From an uncultured Thermoanaerobaculia bacterium (GTDB lineage: Bacteria; Acidobacteriota; Thermoanaerobaculia; Thermoanaerobaculales; Sulfomarinibacteraceae), in contig CAZMED010000002.1 in the NCBI GenBank assembly GCA_964565045.1, positions 1-57,986 of the forward strand: a stretch of 57,986 nt of DNA, given 5' to 3'. Below the pieces are notes generated by a model, which saw nothing but the letters and a program-made list of their open reading frames with translations, was not told the DNA's origin and ran no database searches. The position numbers and the translations under genes were made by a program. Below, piece after piece: positions 1-8,432 of this stretch (positions are counted from its first letter, which is position 1; every line of letters starts with the position of its first letter).

Positions 1-86
1 ACGCCGAGATCACCTACGTCAACGTCGACGACGATCGGCGGCCGCTGCCGATCGGCGACCGGGATCCGACCAGCGGCGATGGCTGA
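1..86 (+). CDS. 3' end of a CDS truncated by the left window edge (product unknown)
   Basis: Frame 3 is open from the window edge (..AEITYVNVDDDRRPLPIGDRDPTSGDG) to TGA 84-86 and overlaps the next ATG (79) by 8 nt. Too short to assign a function. Confidence 0.3.
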   Translation, partial: AEITYVNVDDDRRPLPIGDRDPTSGDG

Positions 87-1182
87 TCGCGGCCGGCCGG
101 TCCGCACCCTCCTCGAACGGGCCGCCAGGGCCGGTCAGGCCACCGGGGCGGTCGCCGTGTGGGGGAGGGACGAGGCCTCCTTGCAGGGCGTCCGCGCCGG
201 TTGCGCGGCGCTGCGGCCATTCGCTGTCCCGGCCGTCGACGAGACCTGGTTCGATCTCGCATCGCTGACCAAGCCCCTGGTTACGACAACCCTCGCCCTG
301 CTCGGGTTCCGGTCCGGTGCTCTCGGGCCGACGAGCCGGATCGGCGAGCTGCTGCCGGAGACCCGCGGGTCGGCGATTGCGGACCTCGATTTCGCCTCGC
401 TCCTGACCCACACCTCGGGGCTGCCCGCGTGGCTGCCCCTGTACTGCCTGGCCGAGGGCGAGCCGCGGCGTCTGCCCGGGCGACTGGGGCGCATCGGGCT
501 CGAGGCGCGTCCCGGGACGAGGGTCCGGTACTCCTGCGTCGGCTTCGTCATCGCCGCCATGATGCTCGAGCGGGCCGCAGGACGAGACCTCGATCGGCTG
601 TTCGCCGAGCAGGTCCTGCGCCCGCTCGGCCTCGAGGAGCGGCTCGGCTTCCACCCGGACCCGGGACGCCGGAAGCTGGCCGGTGCGGCCTCGGCGCCCG
701 ACGCCGAGACCCTCCTGGTGCGGGAGCTCGGGGCCGACCCTTCCTACATCCCGCCGGTCGGCCCGGGTCTGCCCGATGACGGCAACGCCCGCTTTCTCGG
801 CGGCGCCGCCGGCAACGCCGGGCTCTTCGGTTCGGCCCGCGGCGTGTGGCGGCTCGCGGCCGAGTACGCCAACCCCGTGGGCGGACTGCTGACTGCCGGC
901 GAGGCGGCGGCCGCGACCCGGTCCTCCACCGACGGCCTGGAGCAGGCGCGCGGCTACGGCTGGCAGCTGGCCGCGACCGCCGGTTGCTCGGCGGGCCCGG
1001 CGCTGCCCCCGAACGCCTTCGGGCACACTGGGTTCACCGGGGTCTCGGTGTGGGCGGAGCGCGGCGGATCCACCTGCGTACTGCTCGCCAACCGCGTCCA
1101 TCCGGCCCATCGCAGCGTCGACCTGCACCCGCTGCGCCGTCGTTTCCACCAGCTGGCGAGGGCTGCCCTCCCGCATTGCTGA
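79..1182 (+). CDS. serine hydrolase, beta-lactamase/esterase (class C-like) family
   Basis: 367-aa ORF with an SxxK nucleophile motif (ASLTKPLV) near the N-terminus and a C-terminal HTGFTG box, typical of this fold. Confidence 0.8.
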   Translation: MADRGRPVRTLLERAARAGQATGAVAVWGRDEASLQGVRAGCAALRPFAVPAVDETWFDLASLTKPLVTTTLALLGFRSGALGPTSRIGELLPETRGSAIADLDFASLLTHTSGLPAWLPLYCLAEGEPRRLPGRLGRIGLEARPGTRVRYSCVGFVIAAMMLERAAGRDLDRLFAEQVLRPLGLEERLGFHPDPGRRKLAGAASAPDAETLLVRELGADPSYIPPVGPGLPDDGNARFLGGAAGNAGLFGSARGVWRLAAEYANPVGGLLTAGEAAAATRSSTDGLEQARGYGWQLAATAGCSAGPALPPNAFGHTGFTGVSVWAERGGSTCVLLANRVHPAHRSVDLHPLRRRFHQLARAALPHC

Positions 1183-1207
1183 GCGGCCGGCGCGAGCTTC
1201 CGGGCGT

Positions 1208-1223
1208 TGTCGGCATGCCGACA
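1208..1223. promoter_or_regulatory. 16-bp perfect palindrome TGTCGGCATGCCGACA (copy 1), candidate ParB-binding (parS-like) site
   Basis: Exact palindrome in the convergent gap between the hydrolase and lptF/G. An identical 16-mer recurs inside parB at 4323-4338. Confidence 0.35.
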
Positions 1224-1254
1224 CCGCGGAGCGGCGGTGCCCGGCGCGGCGTCC

Positions 1255-3705
1255 TCAGGTGCGCAGGGTGGTCAGGCGGTTGACGCCGAAGAGAACGGCG
1301 AGCAGGATCGGCGACCATGCGCCGAGCACCGGCGGCAGGATCTCGACCTCGCCGAGCTTGCCGAAGAGCGCGATCAGCATCGAGTAGACGATGCCGAGCG
1401 TGAGCGCGACCGCGATCCCCTGCATGGTGGTCACCCGGCGCCCCCCCCGGCTCAGGGCGTAGGGCAGCGCGAGCAGCACCATCGCGAAGGTCGAGAGGGG
1501 ATAGGTGAACTTCTGGTGCCAGCGCACGATGAGGCTCACCGGCCGGTAGCCGGAGTCCGCGAGCTCCTGAACGTAGGCGCGCAGCTCGCCCACCGACATC
1601 TCGGACGGACGGCGGTACTCCTGGCTGAAGTACGACGGTCCCTCCTCGATATCGAGAGCCATGGGGGAGGTGATCCTCCGGAACTCGTCGGTGCCGTCAC
1701 TGTAGAACTGCCGGAACCAGCCGGAATCCGCGATCCAGACGCCGTCGAGGTAGCGGGCGCGGCGGGTGGAGAGGTGGAAGCGCAGGTTCATGTCCTCGTC
1801 GAGTCGGAACATGGTGAATCGAACCAGGGTGCGCGAGGGATCGTCGTAGCGGAGGAAGTTGTACAGGGTCTCGTCATCGCGCGACAGCATCCACTGGCGG
1901 TCGCTCGCCACGTACGAGCGGGCCGTGTCCCGCCCCTCGATCCGGTCCAGCAGCCGCTGCGCCTCGCGGTTGGCGTCCGGAACCACCACCTCGCCGAGGA
2001 ACCACAACCCGACCGTGGCCACCGAGGCGACCAGCAGGATCGGCACCATCAGCCGGTACAACGAGATCCCCGCCGCCTTGACGGCGGTCAGCTCCTGGTG
2101 TCGCTCCAGCATGGTCAGCAGGATGAGGACCGCGATCATCAGCGCGAACGGCGTCACGTCGAGGAAGACCTGCGGCACCAGGTTGGCGTAGTACCGGACG
2201 ATCACCTCGAGGGGAACCCTGTTCTTGGTCATGGTCTCGAGGTTGTCGCTGAGATCGGCCACCACGTAGAGGAGTGCGGTGCTGCCCAGGACCAGGAGCA
2301 GGGGAGGGATGAGGCGGCGGGTGAGGTAGCGGTCGAGGAGCGCCGGGAAACGGTTGGCGTAGCGGCGCCGCTGGATGACGATGGGGAAGCTGCCGCTCAT
2401 TTCGGTCGCCAGCTTTCCCTGCCTCGTGCCGGCGCGCCAGCTGCGCCAGCGCTCGACGGCCGCCTTGAGCAGCCGGGCCAGCGGACCCTCGCGGCCCTCC
2501 CGCTCGCCGAGCCAGCGCCCCATGCGCGCCATCAGGACCAGCGCCACCGCCGTCAGCACGATGTTCGGAAGCCAGATCCCGAGAAACGGCGGCACCACGC
2601 CCTCGATGGCCAGGATCTCGCCCTGATTGGCGACCAGATAGTAGGCGAGGACCACCGCCACCGAAATCACGAATCCCCTGCCGCGGCCTCCGGACCCCGA
2701 GCCGACCCCGAGCGGCAGCGCGAGCAGGGCGAAGACGACGCTCGCAAAGGGAATCGCCACCCGTTTGTTGAGCTCGATGCCCGCGTGGCGGCGTCCGGGG
2801 TCGCCGTCCACGCCGAGGTCCGGCTCCGCCTCGTCCTCGACGGCGTCGTCGAGCGTGCCGCCGCGCAGGTAGCGGAAGAGCTCGCCACTGCTGCGCTCCC
2901 GCATGCTGAGTCGATATCGGACCTGGTTTCGGCTGCCGAGGGCCGGGCGCACGAGCTGGGTCGTGGTCCGGTTGACGCGATAGGTCTCCGGGTCCTCGCG
3001 CGAAAACTGGTGGGTGACGACGTCCTCGAGGCGGATCCACTGCTCGACCTCCGGCAGGGTGCCGCCCGGGGAGTGCGGGACCACCTGGCCGGGACCGCCG
3101 GTGAGGACCATGCGGCCCCGGCGCGCCAGGGTGAGACGCTCCTCCCCGGGGTCGGTGGTGTCGAAGAGGAGGATGTCGCGCCAGTCCCCGCTCGCCGGGT
3201 CGATGTCCCGGAGGTACAGGAGGACGTTCGGAATCTCCTCATGGAAGACCTTCGGCTCGAGACGGCCCAGATTTCTCGCCTCGGTGAAGAGCCGCACCTT
3301 GAGCTCGCGGAGGCTGCGGCTCGATTGGGGGATGAACTGCAGGTAGAGGTAGCCGTTGGCCATCGCCAGCAACACGCCGATCAGGAGGACGGGCCGCAGG
3401 AGGCGGCGCATCGGGACACCACCGGCCTGGAGGGCGATCAGTTCGTTGTCACCGCTCATCCGACCGACCGCCAGCAGGACCCCGAACAGGAAGCTCATGG
3501 GAATCGTCAGGATCACCACGTGCGGCAGGGTGATGAGGAGGACCTTGGCGGCATCGACCATCGATACGCCGCGCACCAGGACCTGTTCGATGAGGCCGTA
3601 GAGCCCGCGCAGGACGATCAGGAAGGTGTAGGTGATGAAGCCCAGAATCGTCGGTGGCAGCACCTCACGGATCACCAGGCGATCGACGGCGCTGAGGAGC
3701 TTCAT
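1255..3705 (-). CDS. fused LptF/LptG-family LPS export permease (two YjgP/YjgQ modules in one polypeptide)
   Basis: Start chosen at the internal ATG (MKLLSAVDRLVIREVLPP..), a typical LptF N-terminus. A second module starts near ..LLDRYLTRRLIPPLLLVLG.. (LptG-like). The upstream 70 codons of the tracked ORF are Arg-rich and were discarded. Confidence 0.8.
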   Translation of the reverse strand: MKLLSAVDRLVIREVLPPTILGFITYTFLIVLRGLYGLIEQVLVRGVSMVDAAKVLLITLPHVVILTIPMSFLFGVLLAVGRMSGDNELIALQAGGVPMRRLLRPVLLIGVLLAMANGYLYLQFIPQSSRSLRELKVRLFTEARNLGRLEPKVFHEEIPNVLLYLRDIDPASGDWRDILLFDTTDPGEERLTLARRGRMVLTGGPGQVVPHSPGGTLPEVEQWIRLEDVVTHQFSREDPETYRVNRTTTQLVRPALGSRNQVRYRLSMRERSSGELFRYLRGGTLDDAVEDEAEPDLGVDGDPGRRHAGIELNKRVAIPFASVVFALLALPLGVGSGSGGRGRGFVISVAVVLAYYLVANQGEILAIEGVVPPFLGIWLPNIVLTAVALVLMARMGRWLGEREGREGPLARLLKAAVERWRSWRAGTRQGKLATEMSGSFPIVIQRRRYANRFPALLDRYLTRRLIPPLLLVLGSTALLYVVADLSDNLETMTKNRVPLEVIVRYYANLVPQVFLDVTPFALMIAVLILLTMLERHQELTAVKAAGISLYRLMVPILLVASVATVGLWFLGEVVVPDANREAQRLLDRIEGRDTARSYVASDRQWMLSRDDETLYNFLRYDDPSRTLVRFTMFRLDEDMNLRFHLSTRRARYLDGVWIADSGWFRQFYSDGTDEFRRITSPMALDIEEGPSYFSQEYRRPSEMSVGELRAYVQELADSGYRPVSLIVRWHQKFTYPLSTFAMVLLALPYALSRGGRRVTTMQGIAVALTLGIVYSMLIALFGKLGEVEILPPVLGAWSPILLAVLFGVNRLTTLRT

Positions 3706-3813
3706 GCCCCCGAGCCCAGGTTGCGGACAGGCGTTGCGCGCATCCTGGAATTCTACACGGATTTGCGCGCCGGACCTCACCGTTCGGCGGCGGGGAAGGC
3801 GTCGGAGCGCAGG

Positions 3814-3851
3814 GTTTCCACAAGATTTCCACAAGCTCCCGAAATTCCACA
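3814..3851 (+). promoter_or_regulatory. three direct DnaA-box-like repeats (GTTTCCACA, ATTTCCACA, AATTCCACA)
   Basis: 9-mers at 3814-3822, 3825-3833 and 3843-3851 share the core TTCCACA. The first two are 11 nt apart. The AT-rich tract 3862-3895 lies immediately next to them. Confidence 0.3.
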
Positions 3852-3975
3852 CCCGCAACCGTTGATTCAATGTCCGATAAGATATATTATGTAAACCTGA
3901 ACATCTGAGAACCACACCGATGAGGCCGAAGACTCGTTCAGGACGATCCTGAAGGGCGGCGTTCCCTTCCCCAAC

Positions 3976-4896
3976 TCAGTTCGCGGCGTCGCTGTCTCCG
4001 ATCTCGATGCCGGCCTCGATCTCACGAATCATGGCGCGGAGGGCTTCGATGACCTGCTGCGGCTCGGGCTCGGACTCGGTGCGGAACGCGAGCGACACCG
4101 AGACCGTGCGGTCGGAGCTGCGGAACTGGAAGCGGAACGGCTTGCGGCCCGGCGCCGCGTCGTCGGCCGGTGAGGCTCCGGCCTCGGATTCCTCGAGCTC
4201 GTGCCGTCGGTCGCGCAGCGCGGCGCGATCGAGCCGGAGCTCGATGATCTCACGCACCAGCTGCTCCATCGCCGCTTCGTCGGGTGCACGGGCGATCTCC
4301 AGGAGCACGCTCTTGGCGGTGATGTCGGCATGCCGACACAGATCGCGGATGGACGGCGGGATGCGGAGGGTCTGGAGGCTCTCCGTGACCGTGACCCGCG
4401 AACGCCCGACCGCCTGTGCCACCTGCTCGTGGGTGTAGCGGTACTTGTCGATGAGGGTGCGGTAGCCCTCGCCCTCCTCGAACGCCGTCAGGTCCTTGCG
4501 CTGGAGGTTTTCGATCAGCGCGATCTCGAGCGCCTGCTGGTCGGTGACGCTGAGCTCGATGCACGGAACCTCGGTCAGTCCCACGGCCATGGCGGCATGG
4601 AAGCGGCGTTCACCGGAAACCAGCTCGTAGTTGCCCTCGCCGAGGGGCCGCACGAGCAGCGGCTCGAGAATGCCGTGGGTGTCGATCGACGACTCGAGGT
4701 CGTCGAGGTCGCCGAGGTTCGAGCGCGGCTGGTCCTGGTTGCTGGTAATGGCGGTGATACGGACCATCCGGCCGATGCCCTCGCCCATGCGCTGGGTGAG
4801 CTCGTCGACGAAGTGCCGGTCGTGGCGCATGCGCCGGTGGGACGGCAGGCCGGCCTTGGGCTTAGTCGGACCCGACACGCTGCAGAACCTCCTCAC
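3976..4896 (-). CDS. parB: chromosome partitioning protein ParB/Spo0J
   Basis: ParB box motifs are present (ILEPLLVRP, ELVSGERRFHAA, ALIENLQRKDLTAFEEGEGY), plus an HTH (THEQVAQAVGRSRVTVTESL). The exact start is uncertain: the ORF overlaps the parA stop, and GTG 4878 or ATG 4830 are also possible. Confidence 0.9.
   Translation of the reverse strand: MRRFCSVSGPTKPKAGLPSHRRMRHDRHFVDELTQRMGEGIGRMVRITAITSNQDQPRSNLGDLDDLESSIDTHGILEPLLVRPLGEGNYELVSGERRFHAAMAVGLTEVPCIELSVTDQQALEIALIENLQRKDLTAFEEGEGYRTLIDKYRYTHEQVAQAVGRSRVTVTESLQTLRIPPSIRDLCRHADITAKSVLLEIARAPDEAAMEQLVREIIELRLDRAALRDRRHELEESEAGASPADDAAPGRKPFRFQFRSSDRTVSVSLAFRTESEPEPQQVIEALRAMIREIEAGIEIGDSDAAN
4323..4338. promoter_or_regulatory. 16-bp perfect palindrome TGTCGGCATGCCGACA (copy 2), inside parB
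   Basis: Identical to the 16-mer at 1208-1223. It lies in the C-terminal half of the parB coding sequence, where it encodes ..CRHADI... Confidence 0.35.
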
Positions 4897-5623
4897 AGAG
4901 ACGGTAATACTCGTAGGCGCCGCTCGACGAGGGCGCGTGGCTGAAGATGCTCGCCCGGTGCGCCGGCGACTCCTCGAGCCGCACGGACTTCGTGATCAGG
5001 GTATCGAACACGAGGTCGCCGAAGACCTGGTCGATCTCCTCCTTGACCTGGCGCGCGAGCACGGTGCGACGGTCGAACATCGTGATCAGGACCCCGAGCA
5101 TCCGCAGCTCGGTGTTCGGCCGCGCCTTGATCTTGTCGATGGTCTCGAGCAGGTCGTCGGTGCCCTCGAGCGCGAAGTAGGACGCCTGAATCGGCACCAG
5201 CACATGGCTCGCCGCGACCAACGCGTTGACGGTCAGCAGGCCCAGCGTCGGCGGCGTGTCGATGATGACCGCGTCGAAGTGGCGCTCGAGCCGCTCGATG
5301 GTGTCCTTGAGGCGGTAGGGCGCATCGAGCTCCCCCACCAGGTGGACCTCGAGCTTGGCCATCGCAATGCGCGACGGGGCGATCCACAGATTGGCGTCCG
5401 CCCCTTCGACGATCACCTCGTCGAGTGTCCGCAATCCACGCATGACATCGTACATGTTGCCGTCGAGCGCCTCCAGGTCGATGTTCGACATCGTGGAGTT
5501 GGCCTGAGGGTCGAGATCGATGAGAAGGGTCTGAAGGCCCTTCTGGGCGAGCCCCGCCGCGAGGTTGATGGCGGTGGTGGTCTTGCCGACACCGCCTTTC
5601 TGATTGGTGATGGCGATTCTCAT
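4862..5623 (-). CDS. parA: chromosome partitioning ATPase ParA/Soj
   Basis: Deviant Walker A motif at the N-terminus (MRIAITNQKGGVGKTTTAINLA). Start set at that ATG; the 24 upstream codons were discarded. Confidence 0.9.
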   Translation of the reverse strand: MRIAITNQKGGVGKTTTAINLAAGLAQKGLQTLLIDLDPQANSTMSNIDLEALDGNMYDVMRGLRTLDEVIVEGADANLWIAPSRIAMAKLEVHLVGELDAPYRLKDTIERLERHFDAVIIDTPPTLGLLTVNALVAASHVLVPIQASYFALEGTDDLLETIDKIKARPNTELRMLGVLITMFDRRTVLARQVKEEIDQVFGDLVFDTLITKSVRLEESPAHRASIFSHAPSSSGAYEYYRLCEEVLQRVGSD

Positions 5624-5722
5624 AAAGCTCCGGGACCCGCGGACGACGACGGCGGTGCTGGGGCCACTATAGGGGTGCCGGGTTTCGGGTGTCAACGAAG
5701 GGCCCGCACGCCGCGACCGAGG

Positions 5723-6223
5723 TCACATCTCGTAGTCGCCCATGTCCTCGGGCCGCATGTTCTCCAGCATGTCGCGAACCGTCTCCTCGAGGGACTTCTC
5801 GCTCATGACCGCTCGTTCGAGCACCGAAGGATCCACCAGCACGTCGACCTTGGCGCGCAGGGCGAGCGCGATGGCGTCCGAGGGTCGCGAGTCGACCCGA
5901 TGGGTGATCGACCGGGCGTCGCGGAGCTGGATCCAGGCCTTGAAGACACTGTCCTCGAGGCTGTGGATGAAGATGTGGTCGACGACGCAGCCCGCGGTTT
6001 CTATGAGATTGCGAATCAGATCGTGTGTCATCGGCCGCGGTGGGGCGACGCCTTCGAGCTCGAGGGCGATGGAGTTGGCCTCACACACACCGATCCAGAT
6101 CGGGAGGAACGTCTTGCCCTCGATGTTCTCCAGAATCACGACCGGCATGTTGGAGTTGGGGTCCATGACCAGGCCCCGCACGTGCATCTTGACGGCCTTG
6201 TCGTGATCGCGGCTCGGTTCCAT
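5723..6223 (-). CDS. bifunctional nuclease family protein (BFN/DUF151)
   Basis: The 166-aa C-terminal part of the tracked ORF (MEPSRDHDKAVKMHVRGLVMDPNSNMPVVILEN..IWIG..EA..I) matches the DUF151 pattern. The upstream 130 codons are Arg/Gly-rich and were rejected. Confidence 0.75.
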   Translation of the reverse strand: MEPSRDHDKAVKMHVRGLVMDPNSNMPVVILENIEGKTFLPIWIGVCEANSIALELEGVAPPRPMTHDLIRNLIETAGCVVDHIFIHSLEDSVFKAWIQLRDARSITHRVDSRPSDAIALALRAKVDVLVDPSVLERAVMSEKSLEETVRDMLENMRPEDMGDYEM

Positions 6224-6254
6224 ACTCCCAATGTGTCGGTGACGGCGCCCGATG

Positions 6255-7598
6255 TCAAGCGGCGCCGCCGACCACGGGAAGCCCGGGGCCGCCCTGCGGA
6301 CGCTCGCCGCCCAACGAGTGTGGTCCGGCGCGAAGCACCCGTACGTCGACGATCTGGCCCACACCCTCGCGTCCGGTCTTCGGGAAGTTGACGATGCGGT
6401 TGTCCTCGCCCCTCCCCTGCCAGGTCCCGGGGTCGCGCCGGCTGTCGCCGTCGACCAGCACCGGCACCACGGCGCCCACGAGCTCCCGGTTGAGCTCGAG
6501 CGTGATCCGGTCGGTGAGCTCGAAGAGCCGGTGCAGCCGGTTCTTCTTGACCTCGTCGGGCACCTGCAGCTCGTACCGCGCCGCCGGCGTGCGCGGTCGC
6601 GGCGAGTAGGCAAAGGCGAACACCTGGCCGAATCGGACCTCCTCGAGCAGCTCCAGGCTGTGGCCGAAGTCGGCCTCGTCCTCCCCCGGAAACCCCACGA
6701 TCACGTCGGTCGAGAGGTTGATGCCGGGCACGGCCTCGCGCAGCCGCGCCACGAGGTCCAGATACTCCGCGCGCGTGTACCGTCGGTGCATGCGCTCGAG
6801 GATGCGGTCGGAGCCCGATTGGAACGGCAGATGCAGGTAGCGCGAAACCTTCGGGTTGGCGGCCAACGTGTCGATGAGGCGCTGGTGGAAGTGGCGCGGA
6901 TGCGAGGTGACGTAGCGCACCCGCTCGATCTTCTGGACTGCACCGACGGTGGCGAGCAGATCGCTGAAGTCGGCGCCGGTCCGTGGGCAGCGATAGGCGT
7001 TGATGGTCTGGCCGAGGAGCTCCACCTCCTTGAGGCCGTCCTCGGCAAGGGCCTCCACCTCGCGGAGGATGTCGGCCATGGGTCGGCTGAGCTCGCGCCC
7101 GCGGGTGTAGGGCACCACGCAGAAGGTGCAGAACTCGTTGCAGCCCTCGACCACGGTCACCATCCCGCGGGTCGGGCTGGAGCGGAAGTGGAGCTCGAAG
7201 TCATGCTCCCGCTCGGGGTCGAAATCGACCAGCACCGGCCGGCCGCCGTCCGCGACCGTGCTCAATGCCTCCCCCACCCGGCCCACGGCGCCCGGGCCGA
7301 GCACGAAGCCGACCCGACTCGAGCGCGCCAGCAGCGAGTCGCCCTCCTGCTGTGCGACGCAGCCGCAGACGCCGATGAGGGGCGGTCGCGGGAGCTTTTC
7401 GAGGGCGCCGATACGGCTCGTGATCTTGTGCACGGGCCGCTCGCGCACCGAGCAGGTATTGAGGATCACGAGGTCGGCGTCGTCGGCGGTCGCCGACGGG
7501 CTCAAGCCGTGCCGGCGGAGCTGCCCCTCGATCAGCTCGCTGTCGTGCTGATTCATCTGACAGCCCCAGGTCTCGATGAAATAGCTTCTCATTCGCAA
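6255..7598 (-). CDS. miaB: tRNA-i6A37 methylthiotransferase MiaB
   Basis: N-terminal FIETWGCQMNQHDSE (UPF0004 domain), radical-SAM motif CNEFCTFCVVPYTRG and a C-terminal TRAM-like region. Confidence 0.9.
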   Translation of the reverse strand: MRMRSYFIETWGCQMNQHDSELIEGQLRRHGLSPSATADDADLVILNTCSVRERPVHKITSRIGALEKLPRPPLIGVCGCVAQQEGDSLLARSSRVGFVLGPGAVGRVGEALSTVADGGRPVLVDFDPEREHDFELHFRSSPTRGMVTVVEGCNEFCTFCVVPYTRGRELSRPMADILREVEALAEDGLKEVELLGQTINAYRCPRTGADFSDLLATVGAVQKIERVRYVTSHPRHFHQRLIDTLAANPKVSRYLHLPFQSGSDRILERMHRRYTRAEYLDLVARLREAVPGINLSTDVIVGFPGEDEADFGHSLELLEEVRFGQVFAFAYSPRPRTPAARYELQVPDEVKKNRLHRLFELTDRITLELNRELVGAVVPVLVDGDSRRDPGTWQGRGEDNRIVNFPKTGREGVGQIVDVRVLRAGPHSLGGERPQGGPGLPVVGGAA

Positions 7599-7675
7599 AT
7601 CCGCGTCCGGGCGCGGCGAGTGTAGCCTCTGAAGCTGCCCCCGGCAAGCCTCGAGTCCCTGCCGCGTCGTGGAGC

Positions 7676-8383
7676 TCAGTCGCTCACCGCCCCCGGCGGC
7701 GGGGTCGGGGGGAGCGGCGCCGGCGTCGGGATGCCGCGGAACCAGCCCGGTTCGGCGCCGTCCGCGCGGGCCTGACTCTTGATCTCCGTCAGGCGCGGCC
7801 CCGCCGTCGCGAGCTGCTCCTCGAGCTTCTGACGCCGCGCCATCGCGGCATCGAGCTTGGGTTTGATCACGCCGTCGCGATAGGCCGGATCGTCGCGCGA
7901 ATAGAAGTCCCGCCAGAGCCCCGGAATTTCCTGATCGAGGACCTGGATCTGCCGCTGCAGGGTCTCGATGAGCTCGACCTGGCGCTCGTACTGGCTGCGC
8001 CAGTAGCGCCGCCGCTCGTCCGTGTGTTGCGGGTCGCTGTCCACCACCGTGACCTGGCCCGGCTGCCGCACCGGCCGTCGGCCGGCACCGCTCCCCGCGC
8101 CCTTCTCGACCGAGGTCACCGATCCCTGTTCGGCGATCTCTGCGAGGTTCTCATTGCTGATCACGATCGGCGTGCCGCTGGCGGCGCCCTTGAGCTCGGT
8201 GTCCTTGCCGATCTCCTGGAGCGATCGGCCGCCCGCCGGGCGCGGTGTCGGCGACTGGGACGGCGTCGCCGTCGCCGTCGGCGTCGGCGTCGGCCGCTCC
8301 TCGGCGAGGCCGACGGCGGAAGCCGCGGCCAGCAGCCCTGCGAACACGATGCCGAGAATCGTCGACCGCTTCCTGATCTTCAT
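7676..8383 (-). CDS. hypothetical secreted protein with Pro/Thr linker and coiled-coil C-terminus
   Basis: Start at MKIRKRSTILGIVFAGLLAAASAVG (signal-peptide-like), then a PTPTPTATATPSQSPTP linker and a heptad-like region (QYERQVELIETLQRQIQVLDQE). I do not recognise a family. Confidence 0.55.
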   Translation of the reverse strand: MKIRKRSTILGIVFAGLLAAASAVGLAEERPTPTPTATATPSQSPTPRPAGGRSLQEIGKDTELKGAASGTPIVISNENLAEIAEQGSVTSVEKGAGSGAGRRPVRQPGQVTVVDSDPQHTDERRRYWRSQYERQVELIETLQRQIQVLDQEIPGLWRDFYSRDDPAYRDGVIKPKLDAAMARRQKLEEQLATAGPRLTEIKSQARADGAEPGWFRGIPTPAPLPPTPPPGAVSD

Positions 8384-8432
8384 CGGCGCCCCCTTGCCCC
8401 GGACCTCGCGCCCGACCCCCAGTGAGACCGGC

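Noticed and set aside
1208-1223. The palindrome at 1208-1223 as merely a bidirectional terminator between convergent genes
   Set aside because: Not fully rejected for this copy, but there is no U-tract on either side. The identical copy inside the parB coding sequence cannot be a terminator, so a protein-binding role explains both copies better.
1207-3894. 895-aa + strand ORF, and similar very long ORFs (4631..6391 +, 20094..21881 +, 28135..31188 +, 46565..49573 +, 52702..55671 +, 35618..37930 +, 37937..39760 -)
   Set aside because: All lie antisense to, or out of frame with, genes that carry clear family motifs. Their translations are Arg/Gly/Pro/Ala/Asp-rich low-complexity strings, typical of stop-poor alternative frames in ~70% GC DNA.
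3706-3975. tRNA or other known structured RNA in the parB-lptF/G gap (and in 44774-45001, 50928-51598)
   Set aside because: By eye there is no T-loop (GGTTCGAATCC-like) or cloverleaf pattern, and no resemblance to 6S, tmRNA, RNase P or SRP RNA. A tRNAscan/Infernal run would be needed to be certain.
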